Part shown: positions 28,997 to 38,651 of the stretch, one piece after another | Layout of the letters: the number at the start of each line of letters is the position of its first letter | Numbering within the stretch: the stretch's first letter is position 1 | Assembly: GCA_947500525.1 (NCBI GenBank) | Contig: CANMSH010000004.1 | Location: 188,783 to 252,782 of the forward strand | Source of the DNA: an uncultured Flavobacteriaceae bacterium | Lineage (GTDB): Bacteria; Bacteroidota; Bacteroidia; Flavobacteriales; Flavobacteriaceae | Length of the DNA: 64,000 bases | Direction: 5' to 3' | The notes under the pieces: model-generated | What the model was told of the DNA's origin: nothing | The model's input: only the letters and a program-made list of their open reading frames with translations | Database searches by the model: none | Position numbers and translations under genes: made by a program

Positions 28997-29758
28997 TTGA
29001 TAGAGTCCACCAAAATAACTGCGATTATACCTACATTAAATGAAGAATTTAATATTGAGGAAGCAATAAAGTCTGTTGGATTTGCTGATGAAATTATTGT
29101 TATTGACTCCTTTAGTGATGATAATACTGTTCCCTTAGCAAAGAAGCTTGGGGTTAAGGTAATTCAAAGAGAATTCGATAATTTCTCTTCTCAAAAGAAT
29201 TATGCAATCAGTCTAGCGAAGCATAATTGGATTTATGTTTTGGATGCAGATGAGCGCGTAAATGAAGCATTAAAACATGAAATCTTACATGCTGTTGAAC
29301 ATCCAAATGATCATGTTGGGTTTTATATTTATAGAGCATTTTATTTTTTCGACCGAAGAATAAATTATGGAGGTTGGCAACGTGATAAGGTGATACGTTT
29401 GTTTAGAAAAGACAAATGCCGATATGACGGAAAGTTAGTACATGAATTGATTGAATATGATGGGAAAATCGACTTTTTAAAGGAAAAAATTGAGCATTAT
29501 TCGTATCAAAATTATGACTATTATTCTATCAAATTAGACCAATATACATCACTTCAAGCTGAAGAATTATTTAAAAAAAATCGTAGAGTTAATGCATATC
29601 ACGTCACTATCAAACCAATCTATAGGTTTTGTTCGCACTATATTTTGAGATTTGGTTTTTTAGACGGATTTCCAGGTTTCGTATTGGCAAATCATCACGC
29701 CTATGGCGTTTTTACACGTTATGTGAAATTATGGTTGCTATACAAAAACAAAAAGTGA
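28997..29758 (+). CDS. family 2 glycosyltransferase (WaaE/KdtX-like size)
   Basis: 253 aa, TTG start. AIIPTLNEE, VIDSFSDDNT, LDADE (DxD). Confidence 0.8.
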   Translation: MIESTKITAIIPTLNEEFNIEEAIKSVGFADEIIVIDSFSDDNTVPLAKKLGVKVIQREFDNFSSQKNYAISLAKHNWIYVLDADERVNEALKHEILHAVEHPNDHVGFYIYRAFYFFDRRINYGGWQRDKVIRLFRKDKCRYDGKLVHELIEYDGKIDFLKEKIEHYSYQNYDYYSIKLDQYTSLQAEELFKKNRRVNAYHVTIKPIYRFCSHYILRFGFLDGFPGFVLANHHAYGVFTRYVKLWLLYKNKK

Positions 29759-29823
29759 ACTCCTATGCGCACTATTTTTAAAATAAAGACGTTACTATTT
29801 TATTCGCGGAAACTATTCAAATT

Positions 29824-30738
29824 ATGACAAAAACGGGACGAAGATTCGTTGCACGAATGATGCGTAAAATGCGATTTTTACCTTCCAAAATGTATGCAAG
29901 GTATCATTATGAATATTTTACCGGAAAGCAATTGAATTTAGATGATCCGAAAGAATTTAATGAAAAAATTCAATGGCTAAAAGTTTTTTACCATCCTGAT
30001 ATATTAACTCAACTAGTAGATAAATATGCTGTAAGAGCATATGTAGAAGAAAAAATAGGCGCACAATACCTAAACGAAATTTATGGTGTTTACAATTCAC
30101 CAGATGAAATTGATTATAACACGTTACCTCAAAAATTTGTCATTAAGGCTACGCATGCCAGTAGTTATAATTTAATTGTTACTGATAAGGACAATCTTGA
30201 TCAATCAAAAACAAGTAAACTGTTTAAAAAATGGCTTGGTATCAATCAATATTATAGAATGGGGCAGGAGTGGGCGTACAAAAATGTGGAGCCCAGATTA
30301 ATTGCTGAGAAATTTTTGAAAGATGAGGGTATTACTTCTTTAATTGATTATAAATTTTATTGTTTTGAAGGTGTTGCGAAGTTGGTTGAAGTACATTTGG
30401 ATAGAGTAGAGAATCATAAAAGAGGTTTTTATGATCTAGATTTTAAGAAGCTACCTTATCGGTATGTCTCCGCAAATGAAAGTATTACATCTAAAATAGA
30501 AAGGCCGAGCAATTTTGATGAAATGAAAAGATTATCTGAAGTCTTGGCGGATAAATTTCCATTTGTGAGAGTTGACTTTTATTCTGTGAAAGGAAAGTCT
30601 ATTTTTGGAGAAATGACGTTTTACCCTTCTGATGGACGAAAAGACATGAGTCCTGATGAATACAATGAAATTATGGGAGGTTTTATTAGACTTCCAGAAT
30701 TGAAGACAGAACAAGAATTTATCACTACAATTGATTAA
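29824..30738 (+). CDS. TupA-like ATP-grasp family protein
   Basis: 304 aa. LNLDDPKEFNEKIQWLKVFY, FVIKATHASSYN, DYKFYCFEG, VRVDFY and GEMTFYP match my memory of the ATPgrasp_TupA family found in glycan loci. Confidence 0.6.
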   Translation: MTKTGRRFVARMMRKMRFLPSKMYARYHYEYFTGKQLNLDDPKEFNEKIQWLKVFYHPDILTQLVDKYAVRAYVEEKIGAQYLNEIYGVYNSPDEIDYNTLPQKFVIKATHASSYNLIVTDKDNLDQSKTSKLFKKWLGINQYYRMGQEWAYKNVEPRLIAEKFLKDEGITSLIDYKFYCFEGVAKLVEVHLDRVENHKRGFYDLDFKKLPYRYVSANESITSKIERPSNFDEMKRLSEVLADKFPFVRVDFYSVKGKSIFGEMTFYPSDGRKDMSPDEYNEIMGGFIRLPELKTEQEFITTID

Positions 30739-30783
30739 TTTCTATCAATTTATGCATACTATTGTAGTGAATATAGGAACTAA

Positions 30784-31728
30784 ATGACAAGAAAAATTCA
30801 TAAAGATCATCCAATAGATGCTGTCATTTTATGGGTTGACGGAAACGACAATAAGCACAAAGAAAAAATTAGACCTTATGTTGCAAATAAGGAAACAATC
30901 AATTCTAAGAAATTTAGAACGAGATTTGATCAGGTAAATGAAATTAAATTTTCTATTGATTCAATTTTAAAATATGCCCCTTTTATTAGAAATGTTTATA
31001 TCGTTACTGATGAGCAAACTCCCAATTTTCTGACGCAAGAAGAGAAAGGTAACACCTATAATAAGGTCACCATAGTAGATCATAAAGAAATTTTCTCTGG
31101 TTATGAAGAGTTTTTGCCAACTTTTAATTGTAGGCCTATAGAATCATGCATGTACAGAATACCAAATTTGGCAGAACATTTTATCTATTTCAACGATGAC
31201 TTTTTTCTCATAAATGAAACCAAACCCAGTGACTTTTATCACAATGGCCTCCCAATTCTAAGAGGAAAATGGCAAAAATATGATTCGGATATTTTCTATA
31301 AAAAGTTTAAGAAAATACGATACGGACACAAAGCGGCCCAACAAAAGGCTGCCCGACTGTTAGGTTTTAAAAAATATTATAATTTTAAGCATACGCCCCA
31401 TCCTTTACGAAAATCGACCTTCGAACATTATTTTAATACTAATAAGGATGTTTTTTTAGAAAATATAAAGTATAAATTTCGAGATAAAGCTCAATTTACA
31501 CCGCAAGGCTTAGCAAATCATATTGAAATTAAAAATAAAACCTGTGTTTTTGAAAGAGATTTACGTTTAATGTATTTTAGATCTTACAAGAAGCCTCTCA
31601 TATGGTATAAGCATAAGTTGAACAAAACAGCAAAAGGAAAGCTGTTTCTGGGGTTACAAAGCCTCGATCTTTGCCCTACGCCAATTCTAAATTATATTAT
31701 CCCTTGGCTAAAAGAACGCATGCGTTAA
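30784..31728 (+). CDS. Stealth-family sugar-1-phosphate transferase
   Basis: 314 aa. Stealth conserved regions: IDAVILWVDGNDNKH (CR1), EIKFSIDSILKYAPFIRNVYIVTDEQTPNFL (CR2), FIYFNDDFFL (CR3). Confidence 0.7.
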   Translation: MTRKIHKDHPIDAVILWVDGNDNKHKEKIRPYVANKETINSKKFRTRFDQVNEIKFSIDSILKYAPFIRNVYIVTDEQTPNFLTQEEKGNTYNKVTIVDHKEIFSGYEEFLPTFNCRPIESCMYRIPNLAEHFIYFNDDFFLINETKPSDFYHNGLPILRGKWQKYDSDIFYKKFKKIRYGHKAAQQKAARLLGFKKYYNFKHTPHPLRKSTFEHYFNTNKDVFLENIKYKFRDKAQFTPQGLANHIEIKNKTCVFERDLRLMYFRSYKKPLIWYKHKLNKTAKGKLFLGLQSLDLCPTPILNYIIPWLKERMR

Positions 31729-31821
31729 ATACTTAGCCATCGTTTTACGAACAAAACACAAGTATGAGAGTAAATTTAAGAAACAAATTGTAATTTTGTC
31801 TTCCAATTTCGAACGCATTAA

Positions 31822-32385
31822 ATGATACAAGAAGAAGTTAAAAATTCGCTCAACGTACTTCACGAAAAAGGAGTTATTTTATATCCAACTGATACTGTTT
31901 GGGGTTTAGGCTGTGATGCTACTAATGCAATCGCTGTTAACAAGATTTATCAAGCTAAAAAAAGAGATGAAAGTAAGAGTTTAGTCATTTTGGTTGATAG
32001 TTTGAAAATGCTAGAACAGTATGTGAAAGAGATTCCAGGTGAGGTGTTGCAATTTATAAAAGATGCGAAAAGACCAACGACCATTATTTACAATAACCCT
32101 CTTGGCTTAGCTTCAAATGTTGTTGCTCAAGACGATACCGTTGCTATTAGAATAGTACAAGATGATTTTTGCGAGCAACTAATTCAGAAATTTGGTAAAC
32201 CTATTGTGTCAACTTCTGCAAATATTAGTGAAAGGCCAACGCCTACTTCTTTTCAGGAAATTGAAATTCCTATTTTGAATGCGGTCGATTATATAGTAAG
32301 TTTGTACCATGATAAAACAATGACTACGCCCTCTAGAATTGTAAAAATTTTAAAAGACGGAACGTTAGAGATTATTAGAGAATAA
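31822..32385 (+). CDS. tsaC: L-threonylcarbamoyladenylate synthase (YrdC/TsaC)
   Basis: 187 aa. YPTDTVWGLGCDA, KKRDESKSLVILV and VSTSANISERPTP are YrdC-domain motifs. Confidence 0.8.
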   Translation: MIQEEVKNSLNVLHEKGVILYPTDTVWGLGCDATNAIAVNKIYQAKKRDESKSLVILVDSLKMLEQYVKEIPGEVLQFIKDAKRPTTIIYNNPLGLASNVVAQDDTVAIRIVQDDFCEQLIQKFGKPIVSTSANISERPTPTSFQEIEIPILNAVDYIVSLYHDKTMTTPSRIVKILKDGTLEIIRE

Positions 32386-32389
32386 GCGT

Positions 32390-33811
32390 ATGCAACGAGA
32401 TTATAAAGAGGCACTTACTGAAGATATATTCAAGTATATTACTGAAGCATCTGAACTATTGAAATTAGAGTCATATGTAATTGGGGGCTTTGTACGTGAT
32501 TTTTTACTTCAACGTAAAAAAAGTGCTAAAGATATTGATATCGTTGCCGTTGGGAGTGGCATCAAACTCGCTCAAAAAGTAGCCGAATTATTACCGAATA
32601 AACCTAAAGTTCAAATTTTTAAGACGTACGGTACAGCAATGTTACGTTTTGAAGATGTAGAAATAGAATTTGTTGGAGCTCGAAAAGAATCTTATACTAG
32701 CAATAGTAGAAATCCGGAAGTAGAAGCAGGCACTTTAGAAGAAGACCAAAATAGGCGTGATTTTACGATTAACGCATTGGCAATTAGTCTAAATAAATCA
32801 ACATATGGTGCTATGTTGGATCCGTTTGGTGGTATTGAGGATTTAAAAAGAGGCATTATAAAAACACCTTTAGATCCAAATGTAACCTATTCAGATGACC
32901 CGCTACGGATGATGAGAGCGATTCGATTTGCGACGCAGCTCGATTTTAAAATTGAACAAAATTCATTGGATGCAATTGCAAAAAATGCCCACCGAATTGA
33001 TATTATTACCCGAGAGCGTATCGTAGATGAGTTACATAAAATACTATTGTCAACCAAGCCTTCTAAAGGATTTGTATTATTAGAAAAAACAGGTTTGTTG
33101 AAACGTTTTTTACCAGAATTGGTAGCCTTAAAGGGAATTGATGAAGTACAAGGCCAAAAGCATAAAGATAATTTTTATCATACCTTGGAAGTAGTTGATA
33201 ATATTTCTAAAAAAACGGATGACTTATGGCTCCGTTGGTCTGCCTTATTACATGATATTGGAAAAGCACCAACAAAACGATTTGACAAGAAGATTGGATG
33301 GACTTTTCACGCTCATGAATTCGTGGGATCTAAGATGGTATATAAATTATTCAAGAGATTAAAGATGCCGTTGAACGATAAAATGAAGTACGTTCAAAAA
33401 TTGGTGCTCTTAAGTTCTCGTCCGGTTATTTTAGCCGAAGAAGTTACAGATTCAGCAGTACGTCGTTTAATTTTTGATGCGGGAGATGATATAGAGGATT
33501 TAATGATTCATTGTGAAGCAGATATTACTACGAAGAATGCCAAAAAGTTCAAACAATATCATAATAACTTCAAATTGGTACGTCAAAAAATTAAGGAAGT
33601 GGAAGAACGTGATCGCGTACGTAACTTTCAACCACCAATTTCGGGCGAACTAATTATGGAAACGTTTAATTTAAAACCTTGCCGAGAAATAGGAGTTTTA
33701 AAGGAAGCAGTCAAAGAAGCCATATTAGAGGGTGAAATTAAAAATGACTTTGAAGAAGCCTATCAATATATGTTGGTAAAAGCTGAAGATTTGGGCTTAA
33801 AAAAAATCTAG
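32390..33811 (+). CDS. tRNA nucleotidyltransferase (CCA-adding) / poly(A) polymerase family with HD domain
   Basis: 473 aa. GGFVRDFLL, DIDI, RRDFTINALA, DPLRMMRAIRF. HD region LLHDIGK. Confidence 0.8.
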   Translation: MQRDYKEALTEDIFKYITEASELLKLESYVIGGFVRDFLLQRKKSAKDIDIVAVGSGIKLAQKVAELLPNKPKVQIFKTYGTAMLRFEDVEIEFVGARKESYTSNSRNPEVEAGTLEEDQNRRDFTINALAISLNKSTYGAMLDPFGGIEDLKRGIIKTPLDPNVTYSDDPLRMMRAIRFATQLDFKIEQNSLDAIAKNAHRIDIITRERIVDELHKILLSTKPSKGFVLLEKTGLLKRFLPELVALKGIDEVQGQKHKDNFYHTLEVVDNISKKTDDLWLRWSALLHDIGKAPTKRFDKKIGWTFHAHEFVGSKMVYKLFKRLKMPLNDKMKYVQKLVLLSSRPVILAEEVTDSAVRRLIFDAGDDIEDLMIHCEADITTKNAKKFKQYHNNFKLVRQKIKEVEERDRVRNFQPPISGELIMETFNLKPCREIGVLKEAVKEAILEGEIKNDFEEAYQYMLVKAEDLGLKKI

Positions 33812-33834
33812 TTAAACTACTAAATACATAACAG

Positions 33835-34227
33835 ATGAACTCTAAAGTAATTCAAACTTGGCATGAAATAGTGACAAAAAGAAATAGTGCAAAATTAAAT
33901 GAATTGCTTGCTGAAGATGTAGTATTTCATTCACCAGTTGTACATACACCTCAAGTAGGAAAGAAAGTGACTAAAATCTATCTTAAAGCTGCGTTTGAAG
34001 TATTATTTGACAGTTCCTTCACATATGTAAATGAATTAGAAAATAAACATAGTGCTATGTTAGAGTTTACCGTTGAGATTGATGGAATTTTTGTAAACGG
34101 CGTAGATATGATTCAATGGAATGATGAAGGAAAAATAACAGAGTTTAAAGTAATGTTACGACCTTTGAAAGCAATCCATTTAGTACATCAAAAAATGGGC
34201 GCTTTGCTAGAGAGTCTCAAGAAGTAA
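33835..34227 (+). CDS. NTF2/SnoaL-like fold protein
   Basis: 130 aa. Size and the pattern LLAEDVVFHSPVVHTPQVGK.. fit the SnoaL-like family. Weak assignment. Confidence 0.45.
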   Translation: MNSKVIQTWHEIVTKRNSAKLNELLAEDVVFHSPVVHTPQVGKKVTKIYLKAAFEVLFDSSFTYVNELENKHSAMLEFTVEIDGIFVNGVDMIQWNDEGKITEFKVMLRPLKAIHLVHQKMGALLESLKK

Positions 34228-34271
34228 ATTTATATGAAGGACGTAACTGTTTTTCGCACATAGATTGTATA

Positions 34272-34775
34272 TTAAAAAATACTAATTTCTACTTTTTTCA
34301 ATATTGGAGGCGCTAAACAACTGCTAGTATCATTGCAAGGAGGTGTTACGAAAGACAGTATTGTTTCGTTGTCTCTAAACTCTACTTTTCGTGAAGATTT
34401 TATAGGAACATTAAGAATAATTAACTGTAAATTCTCGATTTCCGAAAACTCCTCTTCCTCGGTGTCATGACCAGCATACCGTTTTATGTTCGTAAACAGC
34501 AACGTATCATTTCGTAAACTAAAATTGCCTAATTCTCTATACTGATAGCCCAAAATTGTACCATCAAGATTGTCAATACGCATCCTCCTTATTTCATATG
34601 TATTGTCCTCGTTAAATCGATATTCTAATCGTGATATTTGATTTTTTTCTTCTATGAGAATGTTTTCGAACCAAACCCCAAATAACTTCTCATCGTTAAT
34701 CTGAACCAAATCGTCGGATGAACAGTTGATAAATAAAAATGTAGTAAAAAAACCGAAGATGATTGAATTTCTCAT
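34272..34775 (-). CDS. small lipoprotein of unknown function
   Basis: 167 aa. Lipobox TFLFINC followed by SSDD, the same style as the 7012 gene. Confidence 0.6.
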   Translation of the reverse strand: MRNSIIFGFFTTFLFINCSSDDLVQINDEKLFGVWFENILIEEKNQISRLEYRFNEDNTYEIRRMRIDNLDGTILGYQYRELGNFSLRNDTLLFTNIKRYAGHDTEEEEFSEIENLQLIILNVPIKSSRKVEFRDNETILSFVTPPCNDTSSCLAPPILKKVEISIF

Positions 34776-34832
34776 AATATAATATCGTTTGGAAGCTATC
34801 CATTAGATGTACTAAAGAGAAATTAGTTGCGT

Positions 34833-36005
34833 TTAGTGCTCGGAATTTCTTTTGTACAGATATGATAAACCTATAATCGGACCAATAGCCAATATTGTTA
34901 GAAGAAATTGGATATGTACCTTGTCTAACAGAAAGCTAATTAGTTGAATACTCACTATAGTAATAGCAAAACCAAGACAGTTTACAATCGTTAAGGCCGT
35001 TCCTCTATTTACTGAAGGCGCATTCTTCGCAACTAGAGTTGAAAAGAGCGGAGAATCGGCAATGACCACCAGCCCCCAAAAGACAAGGAAGGATAGAAAA
35101 ATATAACTGTTTGTGTAAAATAGAAGTGGAGAGAGTAAACAACAACAACAAGACAATAATAGGGCAATAGATGCCATTTTTTTTGCACCATATTTTGTAG
35201 AGAGATAGCCTCCCAATATACATGCGAATCCGCCCAATCCAATAATTAAAAATGACCAAAAAGAGACATTGATATTTGTTGATGGATGCAGTGTTTTGTA
35301 ACCTACCAGCATTATGGGGATAAAGGTCCAAAAGGCATACAGCTCCCACATGTGTCCAAAATAGCCGAAAGCAGCTGCCCTAAATTTCTTATTTGTAAAA
35401 ACGCTAATAAAGCCTGACATATCTAATTTAGTATTCTTTGTTCTATAAGGGCCGTCTTTCACAAAAAGTACCATTAATAGACCTCCAAGTAGGGCAATTA
35501 AGGAAGTAGAATGAAGTACTGTCGTCCAGGATAGTTCGATAGAAAAACCTTGCAAGAAGTGGGGGAAAGCGGTTCCTAATACTAAAGCTCCAACTAAAAA
35601 ACCTAACGATTTTCCCAAACCTTTTTCGAAGTAATCAGAAGCAATTTTCATTCCAACAGGATATATTCCTGCAAGAAAAAAACCTGTCAGAAAACGAAAA
35701 ATTAATAAGCTGATAAAGGTGTTTTTATCATAGATAAGAGCAAAATTAAAAAACGAACCCAACACTGCACTGATAAAAAAGATGCGGGATGGAGAAAAAC
35801 GATCAACAATTGTCAATAAAGCGAAGATAAAAGTACCACATATAAATCCAAACTGAACGGCTGAAGTTAAGTGACCAACCGCATGTTGGGGTAAGCTAAA
35901 TACACTGGTGAGATCGCTAATGATGGCATTGCTGGCAAACCAAAGTGAGGTACAAAAGAATTGCGAAATAACAATGATCGGTAGAATCCACCTTGAGTGC
36001 TTCAT
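34833..36005 (-). CDS. MFS transporter
   Basis: 390 aa, about 12 hydrophobic helices, loop motif DRFSPSRIF between TM2 and TM3. Confidence 0.8.
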   Translation of the reverse strand: MKHSRWILPIIVISQFFCTSLWFASNAIISDLTSVFSLPQHAVGHLTSAVQFGFICGTFIFALLTIVDRFSPSRIFFISAVLGSFFNFALIYDKNTFISLLIFRFLTGFFLAGIYPVGMKIASDYFEKGLGKSLGFLVGALVLGTAFPHFLQGFSIELSWTTVLHSTSLIALLGGLLMVLFVKDGPYRTKNTKLDMSGFISVFTNKKFRAAAFGYFGHMWELYAFWTFIPIMLVGYKTLHPSTNINVSFWSFLIIGLGGFACILGGYLSTKYGAKKMASIALLLSCCCCLLSPLLFYTNSYIFLSFLVFWGLVVIADSPLFSTLVAKNAPSVNRGTALTIVNCLGFAITIVSIQLISFLLDKVHIQFLLTILAIGPIIGLSYLYKRNSEH

Positions 36006-36051
36006 TAATCGTTCAGATATTTATTAAATATAATGCGTTAAAAGTAACTAA

Positions 36052-37107
36052 TTATTTTTTCAATAACTTTTGTGCCGCATTCATTCCACTAATTACGGCT
36101 CCTTCCATATACCCTCCATAAACCTGGGAGGTTTCTGTGCCAGAGAAGAGTACTTTTTCTCTGAGGAAAAAGTTTTGGTACAGTGGATTACCATATTGTG
36201 GGCTCATATAAACTGATTTTAATTGCTTATTAGAAGTATGCTCATCTAAAGACCAATCTTTTTCATGATAATCAATATAGCTATTAATTTCTGGGCCTAG
36301 ATATTTTTCGAGATAACTTAAAATTTGTTCCTTTCTATTTTCGGGAGTCAGTTCACGAAGTCTTTCATTTACGAAACCCATTAAACCAAAACTTGCTTCT
36401 TGAGAGTTGCAATGATCATATAACTCGGTAACTGGACTGATTTGACTGATGATCATACCAGATAAACCTTGCTCTCGCCAAAAAGGTACTTTAAAGGTTA
36501 GACCAACTTTAATGGCATTGCTCATCCAAGTATGTGTTTCTTTAAGAATGTTTATACATGCATTGGGTAATTTTGGCTCGAAAACTATAGAACTTGCTAA
36601 TTTTGGTGGTATTGTAATAACGAGTTGATCGCAACTATATGTTTTATGATTAGTTTGAATATGAATTCGTTCGTTTATTTCGGAAACAGTCGTTACTATA
36701 GTATTTAGAGCTATTTTAGTATTAAACTCTTTAGACAAAGCATTTATTAAAGCCATAGACCCACCAGCAATGCGATATGCAGATGGGTCATTGGTATTAC
36801 TTTCAAAATAATGAGCTGGAGCCATTGAATTATAGACTAAGATACTCTTCTCGTTACTATATTGTTCGAATGTTTGAAGATTGAGTTCATCGAGTAATTG
36901 TCTTAAATAGTGATGATGATTTTGTAACCAAGTGGCGCCTAAATCAATGCTATTTATGGTATTTATTCTACCTCCTTTTAGTGCACGACTTTCTAAAATT
37001 CGAAAGTTTGCTTCCCCATTTTTCATCAGTTCATAAGCAGTAGTCAAGCCAGAGAGGCCAGCTCCAATGATTATGTATTTTGAATGTATGGTGCTCATTA
37101 TTGACAA
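36052..37107 (-). CDS. FAD-dependent amine-oxidase-like oxidoreductase (short form)
   Basis: 351 aa. N-terminal IIIGAGLSGLTTAYEL..ILESRALKGGR dinucleotide motif and C-terminal FSGTETS..GYMEGAVISG, as in flavin amine oxidases. Confidence 0.7.
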   Translation of the reverse strand: MSIMSTIHSKYIIIGAGLSGLTTAYELMKNGEANFRILESRALKGGRINTINSIDLGATWLQNHHHYLRQLLDELNLQTFEQYSNEKSILVYNSMAPAHYFESNTNDPSAYRIAGGSMALINALSKEFNTKIALNTIVTTVSEINERIHIQTNHKTYSCDQLVITIPPKLASSIVFEPKLPNACINILKETHTWMSNAIKVGLTFKVPFWREQGLSGMIISQISPVTELYDHCNSQEASFGLMGFVNERLRELTPENRKEQILSYLEKYLGPEINSYIDYHEKDWSLDEHTSNKQLKSVYMSPQYGNPLYQNFFLREKVLFSGTETSQVYGGYMEGAVISGMNAAQKLLKK

Positions 37108-37113
37108 ATCTAA

Positions 37114-37860
37114 TTAATTTCTTCCGGCCCTAACGCCACCATCAGTGTCCCAAATAGCGCCAGTTACCCAAGATGCCTTATCAGAAAGTAAAAAAGTAAT
37201 GCTATTTGCCACATCTTGTGCGGTTCCGTTTCTTCCAATGGGATGAAATGCGTTAAAACCTTCTAGAGCTTTTTGAGCTTCTTCTTTACCACCGAATACA
37301 CCGTGGTAGACAGGTGTGTTTACTACAGCTGGTGAAACGGCGTTCACTCGAATGTTATCATCAGCTAGTTCCATGGCTAAATGTTGCGTTAGAGAATGTA
37401 ATCCGGCTTTTTGCATTGAATACGCTGAAGAAGGTGTTGCTTTTACCGCTTGCTTCGCCCACATAGAACCAACATTGACAATGGCACCACCTTGCGTTTC
37501 TTTCATTTTTTTCGCCGCAGCTTGAGTAATAAAAAAGAAACCTCTATTTAAATCTAAGTAAGCATCATAATCTTCTTTTGTATGGTCTAAGAAAGGTTTC
37601 GGTCCGAATATTCCAGATGCGTTTACCAAGTGGTCTAAGTTGTCTAAACTGTTTATTTTAGAGGTAAGGGCGTTGACATCATTCGCATTGGTAATATCTA
37701 CCTTATGCTTAATTAAATTGGGCGTATCGTCAACCTTATCTGTTGATCTACCAACGATGTGTACAGTTGCTCCTTCATTTAGGAGAGTTTGAGCCGTCGC
37801 ATGACCAATTCCACTTGTGCCTCCTATAATCAAGGCTGTTTTGTTTTTAAATTCTGACAT
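37114..37860 (-). CDS. short-chain dehydrogenase/reductase (SDR)
   Basis: 248 aa. IIGGTSGIG cofactor motif, NASG, catalytic YSMQKAG (YxxxK). Confidence 0.9.
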   Translation of the reverse strand: MSEFKNKTALIIGGTSGIGHATAQTLLNEGATVHIVGRSTDKVDDTPNLIKHKVDITNANDVNALTSKINSLDNLDHLVNASGIFGPKPFLDHTKEDYDAYLDLNRGFFFITQAAAKKMKETQGGAIVNVGSMWAKQAVKATPSSAYSMQKAGLHSLTQHLAMELADDNIRVNAVSPAVVNTPVYHGVFGGKEEAQKALEGFNAFHPIGRNGTAQDVANSITFLLSDKASWVTGAIWDTDGGVRAGRN

Positions 37861-37884
37861 TTTTATTGTTTTATATTAATAATG

Positions 37885-37907
37885 AACAGACAGGTCTGTC
37901 TTTTTGT
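37885..37907. promoter_or_regulatory. operator-like palindromic site 1 (between tetR stop and SDR start)
   Basis: AACAGACAGGTCTGTCTTTTTGT with perfect dyad ACAGAC-ag-GTCTGT. Near-identical to the site at 38509-38533. Confidence 0.5.
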
Positions 37908-37918
37908 TTTAAAATTTT

Positions 37919-38482
37919 TTATGAGAACAGTTTCTTGCAAATCTCTTTAGCAGATTCTATTGGCCAACTATTTTTATGTAAATGACTTTCTGCAACAGCA
38001 CCTTCATACAATATATAAATTTGTTTGGCTAAAAAATCACTGTTTTCTCTAGGCTTCACAAGTTTATTTGCAATTACAAGATTTTTAATGAGCTGAAGAA
38101 AACTGTTTTTCTGTCGCTGAACTTCTGCACGTATTGTTTCATTCTCCATTGGAATTTCAGCCATGGTTCTTATACACCAACAACCGTTAAACTCCTGACC
38201 GTTGAAAAACACTGTTAAAAAATCAAATAAAGCCAACAGTTGAAGTTTACCTTCGGGAGCCTCTGTTGCATATACCTCAATTTCTTTCAAAAAAGTAGCA
38301 TTTTTATAGTTTAAATAGGCTATACAAATTTCTTCTTTAGAGGTAAAATGATTATACAAAGTAGCTTTTGCAATACCAGCTTCTTTAATTATCTCATTGA
38401 TACCCGTCAGGTTATATCCGTTTTTATAAAATAATTCGGATGCCGTTTGTACAATAGTATCTCTTACCAACCCATGTTTCAT
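37919..38482 (-). CDS. TetR/AcrR family transcriptional regulator
   Basis: 187 aa. N-terminal HTH TASELFYKNGYNLTGINEIIKEAGIAKATLYNHF. Confidence 0.85.
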   Translation of the reverse strand: MKHGLVRDTIVQTASELFYKNGYNLTGINEIIKEAGIAKATLYNHFTSKEEICIAYLNYKNATFLKEIEVYATEAPEGKLQLLALFDFLTVFFNGQEFNGCWCIRTMAEIPMENETIRAEVQRQKNSFLQLIKNLVIANKLVKPRENSDFLAKQIYILYEGAVAESHLHKNSWPIESAKEICKKLFS

Positions 38483-38508
38483 GTTGCAAATATAGTAAAT
38501 AATTTTAA

Positions 38509-38533
38509 AAACAGACAGACTTGTCTTTTTTGT
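38509..38533. promoter_or_regulatory. operator-like site 2 (tetR / efflux-operon divergent region)
   Basis: AAACAGACAGACTTGTCTTTTTTGT, with inner dyad AGACA-gact-TGTCT. Lies 27-51 nt upstream of the tetR start. Confidence 0.5.
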
Positions 38534-38651
38534 AAATGTTTAATTTTTTTTCAATTTCTTCTTTTTTATTGTAACAAATTTACCACAACTGTCGTCTATA
38601 ATAAAAGCAACTCTATTATTACTCAAATTTTAATCAAAAAATTACACCCCA

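Noticed and set aside
29766-29827. 20-codon mini-ORF (MRTIFKIKTLLFYSRKLFKL) ending in an ATGA overlap with the ATP-grasp gene start
   Set aside because: It could hint at a leader peptide or a frameshifted N-terminus. However, the ATP-grasp protein already begins with a family-typical N-terminal region, and the mini-ORF has no supporting signal.
35005-35349. 114-aa and 69-aa ORFs in alternative frames on the minus strand
   Set aside because: They are out-of-frame overlaps inside the MFS transporter gene. The MFS frame gives a coherent 12-helix protein.
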